Source: the human T2T-CHM13v2.0 reference genome, Homo sapiens. Taken from it: a stretch of 64,000 bases of DNA. Position numbers and translations under genes: made by a program. Location: the NCBI RefSeq assembly GCF_009914755.1, contig NC_060945.1. One strand, 5' to 3'. The notes under the pieces were generated by a model. That model worked only from the letters and a program-made list of their open reading frames with translations, did no database searches and was not told where the DNA came from. This document shows, piece by piece, positions 1-21,427 of this stretch (within the stretch, counting starts at the first letter, position 1; each line of letters starts with the position of its first letter).

Positions 1-251
1 CATTATTTCCTATTTCTTCTGTTATATACTGAAAAAAGGACGTGTATTTTTTTAGTTTCTTGACTTGTTCTTGAATTTGTGTTTTTTATACAATTTGATC
101 TTTTTTTAGTTTGGATTACAGAATGTTATTACACTCGTCTTTTTTTAATCACAAACCATTTTTGTTCTGTTTCATACTTTTACCTTGAAGCCTAATTGTT
201 TAATATTATTACTGTAACTCCAGATGTTTTGTTTGATTTTCTTAATGTAGT

Positions 252-595
<344 letters not shown>

Positions 596-683
596 TGAGT
601 ACTCATAATAAATAGCTCACATTCAGATATCGTTTCTGATCCAGTCCTAATATTTAGGTTTTAATAAGAAGTAATGTGCTCAG

Positions 684-1096
<413 letters not shown>

Positions 1097-1164
1097 TTAT
1101 TTTTTTCAATCATACATCTTTATTCAATTCTATATGTCATCACCTTGTAAAATATTTTAAGACA

Positions 1165-1660
1165 TACTTCTCATAAAAGCCAAGAATTGCAAATATTCCA
1201 AAAGTTCACCAACATTAGAAGGGATAAATAAATTATATGAATAGATAATGAAATCCTATAAAGTAATAAAATTAAATAAACTAGGCTAGATCAACAACAT
1301 GAATGACCCAAACTGTTGAACAAAAAAAAGCAACATACAAAATAATACATACATACAGAATTTTATTCTGCTTACATAATGTTCGAAAGCAGGCAAAAGT
1401 AAACCATATTGTTCAGGTGGCAAAATGATTTTATTTCAAGATCAAAAAAGTTAGGATGATATTCATGGCTAAGGGGAAGGAATGAATTTAGAATCAGAGA
1501 GGAACAAAGCAGGCTGCTGGGGTAGGCTGGTGTCAGACTCCTTCTGCCCCTGAGCGGTGGTTACACTGGTGTTAGCTTGATGATTAAAGCACCAAATCCT
1601 ACGCATTCATCGTGTGCAAGATTCTATATGGAACACTGCATCTCACAATGAAATAATCTC
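1165..1660 (+). mobile_element. Old L1 (L1ME-like) 3' end fragment
   Basis: Diverged L1 3' motifs (caacaacatgaatga, aaagcaggcaaaagtaaaccatattgttcagg). Confidence 0.6.
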
Positions 1661-4241
1661 ACACATCTTTGTAATTTAAAGAGGTTAATGTCAGAAAATA
1701 TACCATCAATTTCTTCTCCTCCATGTAACCTGAAGGCATTCATAATTTTACATCATGCCTCCAATTCCTCACTTGTTATTTTGTTAGTAAAACCCAATTT
1801 CTATTTTTTAAATTTGTATCACTTTTCAGTAACTATTTATGGCCTACTTAGCTGACTTTACAACTACAATCATAAGACTCATTTAATTATTTTTTTCACT
1901 ATTGACCATTAGTCATTTTGAGGTTTTCTTTTTAATTTCCAGTAGCTTAAGAAGAGAACGTTATTAGCAGTCTACTTTTTTAGCCAATTATTATCTGAAA
2001 ATGTACTTCAGTTGCATTCCATGTGAATAAAAACCCAATTAACTATTAAACAAAAAAATTTTAAAGCCAAACATATTTGTTCTCAAAATCCTGAAAGTCG
2101 TGCTTCATTTCTTCTTGCAGTTAATGTTCGGAAGACAATTCTGAAACAACACGTTCCTTCTGTTACATCTCCAGGATTCATGAACCATATTATCTTCTCT
2201 CTCATCAATTTCATTCTTTATCCCCTTCATCTGAATTCTGGAAAGCTTCTCAAAGTTGTTTTCCACATTATGATTCATTACATCATAGAAAAACTTTTCC
2301 ATTTTAAGCCTCCTCATACAGATTTTAGTCTTTCTCATGCAAATTTTAAATCAGCGATTACATTTTAGTTTCCTTTATCTTTTCCTGCCTCATCCAACTC
2401 ACTGAATTTTCGCTTGCTTGCTCTCTCTGTCTCCCTCAGCTGGATCCCTTTTTAATCTGTTTCCTGTTTTTCTTTTCCCCATGCTTCTGCTTCATATTTT
2501 CTAGAGTTTTATTGAAAGCACGAAGAGATCATTTTACATTTGTTCTCTTTCTTGTGGAAAATATTTTAGAAATACAACATCTGCATCTTCTTCCTTTTAA
2601 GCTTGAGAACATTTTCTTCAGTATCGTATTGAGGCCTTCTGGTGTGATCCATCCATATTTAATGAGGATGGCTCAGACTCTTTGGACCCCTCTCATCCAC
2701 CGTGTATTTTTCCTTAAAATTTCCTTTTCAGACCTTTGGCAGAAAGCTTAGTTGCTCTAAATTACATGGGTACGCGGCTGTTTCAGAGACTGAGGAAATG
2801 GAGAAGCAACTCTATCTGGTGATCCACTCTGCTGAGGATCAGCTGTCAGCCTTTTTCTCTCTGTGGCTTGTCGTACTGCCCAGGTTCGTGGCAAATCTTA
2901 AGCAATCTGCTTCGCCAGGCTACTGCTTAGCACATCAAATGGAAAAAATCAAAGGTGTCTACAAGACATCTTGCCTCCCTGGCAGCTTTTTGCTTAATGT
3001 GAATCCTATATGAACTCTCATATCTCCTAATGCAAGCACTTTCATATACTCTTGATCCACATCCATGAACAAGGAGTTGAGTGAACCCAAGTCACCTTCT
3101 CCAGGGTACACACAGCTGTCAGACTCATCCCTCCTAATTCATCACCAGTGGGACTTTCTAAAAGTCTCAGCCCCATATCCTTTGTTTTGGAAAAATCTAC
3201 ATTAAGTATAAAGAAACTAACTAATATCCCCAGCTTTTTAACTGTACTTTCCCATAATTTCCAGTGATCATGTTTGCTTCTTGATATTTATATATTTCTT
3301 CAGTTGTTTCTATGAGGACCCAAGGTAGAAGTGTTATGTTATACAAATTATCACAGTCTTTGTTGTCTGGAAGTCATAATATAAATATTTTTAAACCAAG
3401 AAATGAGCTAGAAATTCCAGAATTTTCCAAGTGGGTCAGTCCTGACGGAAAAAAATGAAAAAAGTAGTGAGAGAAAGGAAAGAGAGAAGCTTGAAGTATT
3501 TCACTCTTGGCAAGCCTCAAATAATACACCTGTCATTTTGGTGAGCCATCTTATTCAGGCTGCTTTTAACTCAATTTTCAGGTGAGTCACCTCAAAACTT
3601 CAAACTGCAAAATGGTCAGCTTGCATCAGGGAGCAACGAAGCTCTCCCAAATCTTGTAAAATAAGATGATTTGTGAGCAGAATTACCCAAATACTATTTC
3701 TTGAGGTTATTTTAAGCTTTTGCTTTTCTTGCCTCCCTGATAACTTCAACTCAGATAACTACATGGAGCTTTACAGTGCTAATCTAGGAAAAAAATAATA
3801 TTAAGATTGGTATTATTATAAATGAGAATCCAGTTATAGAAATAGATTAGCACAGTTTCATATTACACTGTAAAAACATCAAAATGAAATTAAACATCTT
3901 TCCTAAAGTCAGAAATCTTAAAATATATATAGTCTGAGTTTCCCCATGATCTGCTGAACAAGTTGAAATAATTATTTAATAACTAGAAAAATATGATGGA
4001 CACATTTCACATGTTTCCTGGGGGTGAGAAATATTTCCTGGTGTTTTTTTATTCCCATTAAGTGACAAGTTGACGAAGAATAGAGCATGTGAGACACAAA
4101 GAAAGAATAATGTCTACATGCCCCAGAATGAGAAGTTTGTCTATAGCAAAAGAGAGACCACTGCTGCCACCAAGCTACAGCCTGACCCTAGGCCCACTGT
4201 CCCCCGAATTCAGGATTCAGCTGCAGAAAAAAACGAACAAC

Positions 4242-4708
4242 TGTTAAAGAAAAAAAACTCTTCAAAGGCACTTGTTAAAGCAGAATAGGAAGTCTTTATT
4301 CAGGATCATCACATTGGGCATAGCGGTCACTGCGGTGGGATTTTGCACCGGAAGAGAGAGATTGGACTCAGCTTTGAATACAGCATGGGCAAGTGGGGAT
4401 TTACAGCCAAGGAGCAGTGTGGGGGTCGGTGGATGGAAAATTATTAAGAGGAACCATCAGAGATAAGAGGAATTCTGGCTAAACTGACCTACAAGGATTC
4501 TTGCTGAAGAGGGACAAGGGTGATCAGACATCATCTGGGGGATGGTAGAGAAAGAGAAGCCTAATTAGGTATCAAAGGTGGAGGGTTTTTGCTAAGCTGA
4601 CTTAGCAGAGTTCTTGGCTAAAACTGGATTTTACAAGGAAATGCAAGGACAAGCTTAGGAGAAGCTTCAGGAGCCTGAGTAAAGTTTGGTCAAAGATATT
4701 TGTTATAA
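4242..4708 (-). mobile_element. MER31-like ERV1 solo LTR
   Basis: tgttaaagaaaaaa...cttgttaaagca...ctttattcagga...gaatacagcatgggcaagtgggga matches the recalled MER31 reverse complement. Confidence 0.8.
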
Positions 4709-4867
4709 CATAAACTCCTCTGTCTCATATTCCTGTACTTCCAAGCAATTCAACTATCTTGAAGGTCCTCCTGACCAGCTCTGACAATCTGATCAGCAAA
4801 ATGTATGAATTTGTAAAGTGCTACATCGGCAATTTAGCCATAAAACTAGATGTTGATGAAATCATGT

Positions 4868-5372
4868 TGTACCCGTTATCTACCATAATGCTACATAACA
4901 AAGCACCCCAAAACCAGTGGTGTAAAAAAATATAAGCATTTAATTTACCCAGAGGTCTGTGGGTTGTTGGTCTAGGCTGAGTTCGATTGAGCAGTACTTC
5001 TGGCCTCAGCTGGCTCAGTCTCAAGTCCGGGGGTAGCTGGTTGTTAGCTGATCTAGGACGGCCTCAGCTGGGGTGTCTGGGACAACTCAGCTCTGCTCCA
5101 TGTGCCTCATCTTACAGCAAGCAAGCCAGGCATGTTCTCATGGAAATCACAAAGCTGCAAGAGACTCATCAAAAGCATGCAATGCTTGTTCCGCCTTCTT
5201 CTTGGGTTACATTTTCTAACATGCCATTGTACAATGCAAGTCATGTGCTCAATCTAAAGTCAAGGGATGAGATGGAATACCCAGCCCAAAGGGCACTGAA
5301 GAATTACAAGGCAAAGGGAGTGGTGCAGGGAGGGGTGTAGAATGGGAGCTGCTATGCAATCAATCTACTGCA
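4868..5372 (-). mobile_element. MLT1-family MaLR solo LTR (old)
   Basis: gttatctac...cataacaaagcaccccaaaaccagtgg start and caatcaatctactgca end are typical of MLT1. Confidence 0.7.
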
Positions 5373-5589
5373 CACCTTTAATGCCACTTTGTCTCCCATT
5401 TGAGCCATGGCAATGCTGACTACGCTGGTTACTTAATAACAAACCTAATCCCTGGGTTAGGACGTCAAAATCTTAAACTACCCACCCAAATGAAGATATC
5501 TAGTCAACTAGCTCCAAAACAGTGGCAATTAAGCCACTGAATAATTATGATTAGCAATAGATAAAATTTAATTACTAATAGATAAACAA

Positions 5590-6590
5590 AATTAGTTCAT
5601 ATCCCAGTAACACATGCAACCGTGGTAAATCCACCTTTGTTCTCATCTGATGGAATTCAAGATTATTTTCTAACAAAGCAGCAAGTTCTGGAGAAAGGTT
5701 GGAGTAAAATCTTTATTGGGCATTAAGGCAGGCAAGTTAAGGGTAAGTAACAAAATGAGGTTCCCTGAAAATAAAATCAACCCTTTGAAAGTGCAGGGTC
5801 ATGAGTATTCCAAACAATAATATACAAAAATAAATTGAAAATCACAGATATATTTCCTCAAAATCATCATTAGAAATGTATCACCCACACATTTAAAATA
5901 TCTGTATTAAAGATTTTCATGGTTAGATCTGCACTGGGTGCTTTAAAAGCAAATTCTGTCTCTAGTTTGAAGCAGATTGACTGGCTATGCTTTCTTAGTT
6001 GTTGCATGGATTTGTTTGAGATCAAACTTTTTCTCCAAACAGCTGAATATGATTCAAATATCTCTGGTTCAATAAATTTTTGAGTTAAAATTTGGAGTAT
6101 ATTTCGCACTTCAACATGCTGAGATAGGAAACCCAAATTGCTTGTAATGGTATAAATGTTTCCATAGTAGGAAATGATGGAATAAATTAAGTTCTTAACA
6201 TTCATGCTTTTGTAATAAATTCAGTAATAACCTTTTCGATCATTGGCACAGTCTATGTTTTGTAAACTTAATCTAATCAGCTGATTTGGATATTTCATCA
6301 GAAGAAATTTTGGTTGATAGGTTCATAACTTTTACAGCTTGTTCAATGAAAACTGATTGGATTTTGCATATCTCGTAGTTTTTCCTGACTCTGATCAAAG
6401 TCATGTTAATGATAGTCCTTCCAACCCAAAGGACTTTGAATAAAACAATTCTCTACCAAGGCAGCAGAATCACACCCCATTCCAACTCAATTCTTTTTTG
6501 GCTGGTTATCTGTGAAGTTTCTTTCCTCTTTCGTGATCCACTTTGTTTCTATCTCTAGGATAAGAAAGAATTTCTCTAAAAAACTGCTGC
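5590..6590 (-). mobile_element. Highly decayed Penelope-like element (PLE) reverse transcriptase fossil
   Basis: Hand translation across frameshifts gives PLE RT motifs in the correct order: YEICKIQ, ISKSAD, ITEFITK, NIYTITSNLG, FGEK/FDLKQIHAT, KLETEF, YFKCVGDTFL, NTHDP, FYS-PFSR. Confidence 0.65.
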
Positions 6591-7344
6591 ACTAACGATT
6601 TTAACTCTTTTTTTTTTTGAGACTAAAATATGAAGCAGATCACACGGTACAGTGTGGTAAGAGTCCTAACAGCAGTAGGCACCTTTTATCCAATTTCCCT
6701 TATAATCAGCACGTGGGTTGTTTCAGACAGCTGGTTGGGCTGAGGCACTTTCAGAGACCATAGAATACAGCAAAGTCTCCTTATCCACAGATAATTCTAT
6801 GCCATGCCAACATAAAGCCTTCTCAGCAATCCTAAAAGGGAAAATGGAAAGATTCTACAAATATCTTTCATTTGTAGAGCTGAGCGACATCCCCAGACTT
6901 GCCTCAATTTTCAGTCCTAGTTGTCATATGGAATGAACAAAATTATGAAAGAAGCTCTTAATAAGAGAAAGGTTTATTTCTTCCTAAATCTAATATTAGT
7001 GCAGTTTGAATAGGCATTCAAAGAAAAGATAATGAAACTTCATTGATGGAATTTTATGAAAGGTGTCAGGAAATAAAAAAGCAAATTTATGTCTTCTCAC
7101 TCTTGAATAAAGAAGATTTTACTAATAGCTAAAATACACCACAATAATACAATAGCAAATTTTTTTCTATCCTCTGCTCCCATTGCTGAACACCCCTCAA
7201 AGTGATCTGAAACTGTTATTTTACATTCTGCCCAGCCTTTCCCTACCTTAACTTTCTCCAGCCTCAGTAACATTGCTGAAATTATTCTCCTGAAGGTCAC
7301 CAATGACTGCTTTACATTTTACCTTATTTTATTGTAAATGGTAA

Positions 7345-8074
7345 TGAAACCGCCTTTGCAAAAGTTATAACTGAGGAAATTACGACAGTGAAAGAGATCA
7401 GACTTAACCGACTCCATCTTGCTTCTAACCTTTAAACTAACTTTGGGAAGGAATTCAGTTCATGGGTTGACTCTGAAACAAAATTGATAACAGCCCTTTC
7501 CCAAAATATCGCCCTTCTTGCCTGGGGACCAGTCTGCATTTGCAGAAATAACAAATGAGCTGCAAGATTAGAAATTATGGTTTAGGGGTCATGCAGCCTC
7601 TGGTTCCAAGAGTCTGAACCTCCCCAAATTGCTCAAAATGTAAAATCAGTGCAAATTGCTCAAAATGTAAAATCAGTGCAAATTGCTCAAAATGTAAAAT
7701 CAGTGCCTCAGATATTCTGCAGACCCTGCATTGGCTGGATCAACTGACACCACCCAGACGGGTAATCTGGCTCGACCAGTTCTGCGATCCCACCCAGGAA
7801 GAGAAAACAGCAAGAAAAACTCACTTCAACCCCGTAGGATTCCATCTCCAACCTGACCAATCCACACTCCCCACTTCCCAAGCCCCTACCCGCCAAAATA
7901 TCTTTAAAAACTCTGATCCCCAAATGCTTGGGGAGACTGATTTGAGTAATAATAAAACTCCAGTCTCCAGCACAGCCGGCTCTGTGCAAATTACTCTTTC
8001 CAACGCAATTCCCCTGTCTTGATAAATCGGCTCTAACTAGGCAGCGGGCAAGGTGAACTCACTGCGCGATTACA
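7345..8074 (+). mobile_element. LTR8A-like ERV1 solo LTR
   Basis: tgaaaccgcctttgcaaa...aataataaaactccagtctcc...gattaca; TG..CA ends; 4-bp flanks gtaa/ataa. Confidence 0.9.
7625..7705 (+). repeat. Perfect 27-bp x3 tandem repeat inside the LTR8A
   Basis: caaattgctcaaaatgtaaaatcagtg at 7625, 7652 and 7679. Confidence 0.97.
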
Positions 8075-8129
8075 ATAACACATAAACAGAAAATCACATA
8101 AAACAAAAACACTAATAAATTATCACAAC

Positions 8130-14500
<6,371 letters not shown>

Positions 14501-15189
14501 TTTCTAATTGTTCTCAACAGGAGGTTTAACTCAGATTAACTACCTCATCATTCCTGGAGAATAATAACTCATTGGTTTCAAAATCCAGGCTTTTTTTTCT
14601 GAATTCTCATTCTCCTTTAACTCTCTGAGGCACTCAATTCTGTTGCTTAATTTCTTACTTGAAATTTTTCATTTTCATCACATTATACATTTCTGATTTT
14701 TAAAATTTTCTTATTGCTCTATATATTTCTACATATACTCTATATTCCTTCCTCACTTATTTTACAGGACTATGTTTATTTTTATACATGTTCTTTTATA
14801 TAGGTGTATCTCAGGATAAATAACCCTTCTAAATATATCCCTTCAATAAGTGGATCTACTCCTACAGCTACAGTTACATGGATGATTTCTACATCTTCAT
14901 CTTTAGTCCTAAAATATCGTTTATGCTCACATCTCATATTTTAAACTTCCTAGAAGACATCTTCATTTAGATAGTCAGTCACCACCTCTCTCTAAGCATG
15001 TCTGTTACCTCCCTTCCAAGCCAATGTTTCATCACAACTAAACTATTTTGAAGGGTCCAGGCCACTGGGCAGGGACAGAAACAAACACAGAAAAGGAGCA
15101 GAAGAAGGCATACGTGCCAAAAAGAGCCACATTAAGCTAGTTGGTGACTTCCTGGATTTAGGAAATAGAGAAGAGAGAATTGAACATGA

Positions 15190-15492
<303 letters not shown>

Positions 15493-15596
15493 GATCCCAG
15501 GTTTTCTTGATTGAAAGATGAAAAAGTGCCTTCATTTGATATAAATTAGTTAAATGGGAAGAGAACAGTTTGGGAGAGAGAGGTGCTGTGTGTGTC

Positions 15597-15732
15597 TTCT
15601 TTTCTTTTTTTCTTTTTAGTGACAGATTCTTGCTATGTTGCTCAGGCTGGCTTTGAACTCCTAGGCTCAAGTGATCCTCCCACCTCAGCCTCCAGAGAAC
15701 TTGGGACTCCAGGTGGTGCCCATCCTGCCTGG
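15597..15732 (-). mobile_element. FLAM / Alu left monomer
   Basis: Single monomer with T-tail (cttgctatgttgctcaggctgg...ctcaagtgatcctcccacctcagcc). Confidence 0.8.
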
Positions 15733-16034
15733 ATATGTGCTTGTGTTCTTGTCACCCACCTTCCTATCCCCACACCCGCCCTTCACCGTCACCTCCATTA
15801 GAAATATATTCTGAATAATGTTTTCATATTCCTCCTCCTAAAACACAACATTCTCACATCACTCCAAATATTAAGAATCTAGAGTGTCTCCTGTTACCTT
15901 CTGTACAGACTCCAAACTTCTCTGCTGAATTTTCAAGGTCATTTGTAATCTGTTTCCACTCTACCTAGCCATTATTTCCCATGATGCAACCTCTACTCTA
16001 ATCAATAACTTTCCTCAAAAATTTCATCTTTCTC

Positions 16035-18090
16035 ATTTCCAGAAGCTGGGAAGTCACAAAATCCACTCTAACAAGAAGTAAAAAGCTGAACAAGCTGAAA
16101 AAGCAACAATGCTTCTTAGGTTCATCGGGGAAATGAGGTGACAGGGCGAATCATAACCCCCCAAATTGGAAAGACAGACAGGTGGAAACCAAGAGTCACA
16201 ACTTACTGGAGCAGAAACCTATAAGCAGAAACTCTGGGCAGATAGAAAAACCCAAACTCTCATTGATGAATTTCTGGAGGCTCAGTGTGGACAAGTCTGA
16301 GAGTTAAAAACTTCATGGGAGGCTCAGGCATAAGGGGTCCCCTCTGTTTTTGTGAATTTTACCTCCAGAAGCTCTGCTAGGTTCTCACAGTGAAGACTGG
16401 AGAAAAATCCCCTCATGCTCCTGGCAGGGAGCAGTAAAAAGCTACCACTTTGAAATACACAGAGTCTTCTATTCTTCATAACAAAACTCTCCATCAAGAG
16501 AAACTATTATACTCTTTAAAGCCATCAGAGAACAGCAGACTAAAGAATGCTAAATAAACTAAATTCCTAAAGAAATGAGTCCTTCCTGAATTAGCCAAGA
16601 CTGGTGGCCTCTACCAACCCTAAAGTGAGAGCACAGCAGTCAGAATGACTCTGCACTAAGCAGAAGAAGTGTTCTACAATAGAAAAAAAGAAAATCACCT
16701 TAACAGCCACAGGGAGGCTGGCATGGCTGACTTCAATCTAGAGGACTCCCAAACAAATATTGGTCTTCCTCGCTTCACAATTCTTTCCCACATAACTTTA
16801 GCGGAATAAATGACAGCACTAGGACCCTAGGATCAGGAAGGGAAAGGGGAGAAAGAGGGAAGGGAAGAGATATCTTTAGTTCTGGGTAATTCAATTTCAA
16901 AATTCTGCTTAAAGATATTAACACCAGAAGTTAATTGAGACTGCCTAGAGTCAACCAACCCATTACTGAACCCAGCTTCTGGTTTGATTGGATACTTTAA
17001 TTCCTCACTCTAGCTGCCTTTAAAAAAAAATGGAAAGGCAAGCCTTTTCTGAGTTCATGAATATCTAATTTTGTTTCTACTGCTGTTTCATATACAAGGT
17101 CTAGTATATAATAAAATATTATAATACAGGTAAAGAAGTAAGAAAATATGACCCATAATTAAGACAAAAATAGTCACTAGAAGGAGACCCAAAGATGACC
17201 CAAATGTTGAACTAACTTTAAAAACACCATATTAATTTTATTAACTTACATTATATTTAACTCTATTACTTAGAGGAACAATGAGGCCTTTCAGCATAAA
17301 AAAGAACTAAAGTATTATTATTAGGTGGACTTAACGGAAGACTAGACAGAGCAAGAGAACGGGACAGTGTACTGAAAAATAAGACAATAGAATTAGTTTT
17401 CCAAATTGAAGCATGAGAGAAAAAAGGAATAGAAACAAATCAAAGCACACAAACAGAAAATCACAGACATGAAGGGAAAACATGAAATTGTCTAATTTAT
17501 ATGCAATTGGAGTTACAGAGCAGAGAAGAAAGAAAATGGAGGAAGAAACTTTAAAGAGATCATGGCTGAGAATTTTCTAAAATTTAAAGTCATCAACTCA
17601 CAAATCCAAGAATGCAGCAAACATTAAAGATAATTTTTAAAATAAAATTTAAAAGTAGACACATTATAGTTCAAACAGCTGTATAGCCAGACTTAAGAGT
17701 CCGTCTTCAAAGCATTCAGATAAAAAGACTCATTCTGTTCACAGAAACTACATTGACAATAATTACTAACTTCTCATCAGAAGAAAAAGAAAAATGGGAG
17801 ATAATGGAATAATTTCTTACTATAGCCAGCAACAAATTATTCAAAAAATGAAAGTGAAATAAAGATGTTTTCAGACCAATAAAAGCTCAGGAAGTTCATT
17901 GCTACAAGAAATAGTAAAGGAACTTCCTCACAGTAAAAGAAGGAATGGAGACAATGGAGAAAGGCCAACCACACTGCAAAGTTTATCATGCCTCGCTGTT
18001 GGTTCGGACCCTCATTCCTCATCACGACGCGGTCTCAGTGTGGAGCAGAAAGCAGCGAAAGGTACATACTCTGAAGGAGAAACAACTGCA
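16035..18090 (+). mobile_element. Old L1 5'UTR/ORF1 fragments
   Basis: A-rich sense L1 ORF1-like motifs (atggctgagaattttctaaaattt, gaaataaagatgttttcagac, aggaagttcattgc). Confidence 0.65.
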
Positions 18091-18093
18091 GGT

Positions 18094-18466
18094 TGTCTCA
18101 GTCTGTTCTCATACTGCTATAAAGAAATACCTGAGACTGGGTAATTTATAAAGGAAAGAGGTTTAATTGACTCACAGTTCCCCATGGATGGGGAGGTTTC
18201 AGCAAACTTACAGTCATGGCAGAAGAAGGGGAAACAAGGACCTTCTTCAGAAGGTGGCAGGAAAGAGCAGACAGCAGGGGAAACTGCCACTGATAAAATC
18301 ATCAGATTTCGTGAGAACTCACTCACAATCACGAGAACATCCTGGCGGAAACTGGCCCCCCATGATCCAATCATCTCTCACCAGGTCTCTCCATTGACAT
18401 ATGGGGATTAGGGGAATTACAATTTGAGATGAGATTTGGGTGGGGACACAGAGCCAAACCATATCA
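18094..18466 (-). mobile_element. THE1D-like MaLR solo LTR
   Basis: Typical THE1 ends; 5-bp TSD caggt at 18089-18093 and 18467-18471. Confidence 0.9.
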
Positions 18467-19201
18467 CAGGTTAAAATGGTCAATAAAAGCAAAGGTGAAT
18501 ACTTGGTATTTGTTTGCCTTTAAAGAATGGCAGCAACAGAGAAACTCTCAGAGCTGGAGACTGGGTGATATACACATGAGGTATTACAGAGCTGAAAGCC
18601 CATATGATGGCTCAGTTTTCCTCATTGTGGCAAGCTCAACCCAATGATTGGGCTAATTGGAAAAAAGAGGGTCACCCCTCCCCCAAAAGAATAGTATTGC
18701 CTAATGTTAGGGAAACTGGTACCCAGCTGAATGGTTTCAATAGTACAGAAGGGAAATGTCAAAAGACAAAAATGTTGTAATCTTGAAGGCAAAACTCTTA
18801 TTTTCAGAAAAGATAATTATTTGTCTGGAAAAGGTAGAGATTACATCGAGAAATTATTACAAATGTGATACTTTAGTACGATGATTGTTCATAAGTAAAA
18901 ATACCAAAATCAAGTGTTTTCTCATAAGCCAAAAATACGCAATGAGAAAACATTTATAAAAAGCATATTAATAAATTTAATGTGAAGTGTAATAATTTTA
19001 CATAACTTATAGCACTAAAGGCCATTCACTTTACACCTGTGCATTTAAAAAATAAATAAAAAGTTAAAGATATTAATTCTCTCCCAATTTATTTGCAAAT
19101 TTAATGCAATCCTAATCAAAATTCCGGCTTAAAAGAGAAAAAGTCATGAAAGCAGCAAGGCATAAAACAGTAAAGTCAAAACAATAGAATAGAATCGGGA
19201 A

Positions 19202-19503
<302 letters not shown>

Positions 19504-19714
19504 AGAATAGAATCAGGAAACAGATATCAGGTAATTTTGCATTTATATGGCAATTTAGGAAATAATTAAAGGATCAGTCTCAATAGTGGAGAAAGGATGG
19601 ACTACTTCCAGTAAAATAATGTTAGTGTAACTAATAAGCCATTTGGAACATTTTATTAATACCTAAGAAATACAGAAGGCTCAAAATTTAAACATTTCTT
19701 TAAAAAAAACTTTC

Positions 19715-20020
<306 letters not shown>

Positions 20021-21427
20021 TCACTTATAGTATATAGCTTAACATTCAATCCTTGGAGTGCCTGGTAATAGAAGACTCTTAATAAAAAGATTGCTGAATA
20101 ACTGAATAAAAACAGAGCCATATTTAGGGGCTGTATTCCATCCCTACAAAAGCTAGAAAATGAGTGTTTAATAAGGAAACTGTGAGTTTATATTTGAGTT
20201 TGGAACAACTGAGTTTAAGATACATATTGTACCCTTTTTATTTCCCCTGCAGCAACTAATACAATTTTAGGATCTACATACTAAAGCTTCAGTAAATAAA
20301 GTATTGATTGATTCAACATAAATACTATGGTTTATTTCTAAATGGCAAGGAAAAATCACATGTAAGAGGTTTCCATTTGAAAGAATTCCACTATTCATCA
20401 AAATTTTCATCTATTCTCAAGATTGTTTATTTTAAACTAGGTTTGGAGTAGCAAAGCATATGAATTTTATATTAGAAAACATGAGAAGGATATAAAAGTT
20501 TGTTTTCTGCATTCTTTCAAAATTCTTATTTTGAAGGCCTTCTGGGCAAATAAACTATTGGAACTTGTCATCATTTAAACTATGTCCTATAAAGATGAAA
20601 TCAGTAAGATTTAGAGCACTGCTTGCACCGCACAGCGCATGTTTTAGTAAATACTCAAAATGGATTTCTCTCCCAAAGAAAAAGCTTAAATTAAGTAAAT
20701 TACTAGATGACAATTTAGCAGTATGTGTCTCAGAAGTCTGAGGGTGGAGCAGATACGTTGGGTTCCCCAGCTTGCCTTCGGGGTGGTTTTATTTTAGGCT
20801 TACAATCCAGAAGTCTAGAAATGAGTGATTCAATCTAGTAATTCTGGTTTTGAGTCTAAAATGTTGCTCTAAGAAGAGTCTTTCACTTTCTACATTTGGG
20901 ATACCATTATTCTGCTTCACTGGAAGTAAAGAGAATGGACTGGCCAGGAATGGCCAAAGATATCTGGAAGGATAACTTGATCTAATAGCTCCCTTATACA
21001 GGTGCATAAGTAGAAACTTAACATTCTTATAAAATCTTGAGAGGGACAATCATATCGCTTAGTCACATAACAATCTATTACATAGCTGAGATCTGCAAAG
21101 GAAAGAGAAATTTTATATCGGAGAGGGGCCAGGGATGAAAGAGGGGAGGACCACTTTGAAGCATAGAACACTCTCAGAGAAGGCTAGTGTAGTAAGAAGG
21201 TGGTGATCCAGTGAAAAGATGTCAACAGGACTCTGTAGGTCCAGGATTCAGGATCAGGACAGAAAAGTTGCTGGGAAGCAGGAGATGGTAGAAGAAAAAT
21301 AGCTGAAAAGGTTGTAGTGGGGACATGGTGACAGTCCAAAGTCCATTCCAAACCTCCTTGTTTTGTTGCCTCAAAGTTGTGAGAGGAATTAAAATCAACT
21401 TCAGAGGTAGAATTTAAGTATTTTAAA

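Noticed and set aside
6380-6450. Faint resemblance (WVG...DF) to bornavirus nucleoprotein
   Set aside because: The spacing is wrong and the match is isolated; the surrounding motifs fit a Penelope-type RT far better.
7625-7705. 27-bp direct repeats as a possible CRISPR array
   Set aside because: The repeats are head to tail with no spacers, inside a primate LTR, and there are no cas genes.
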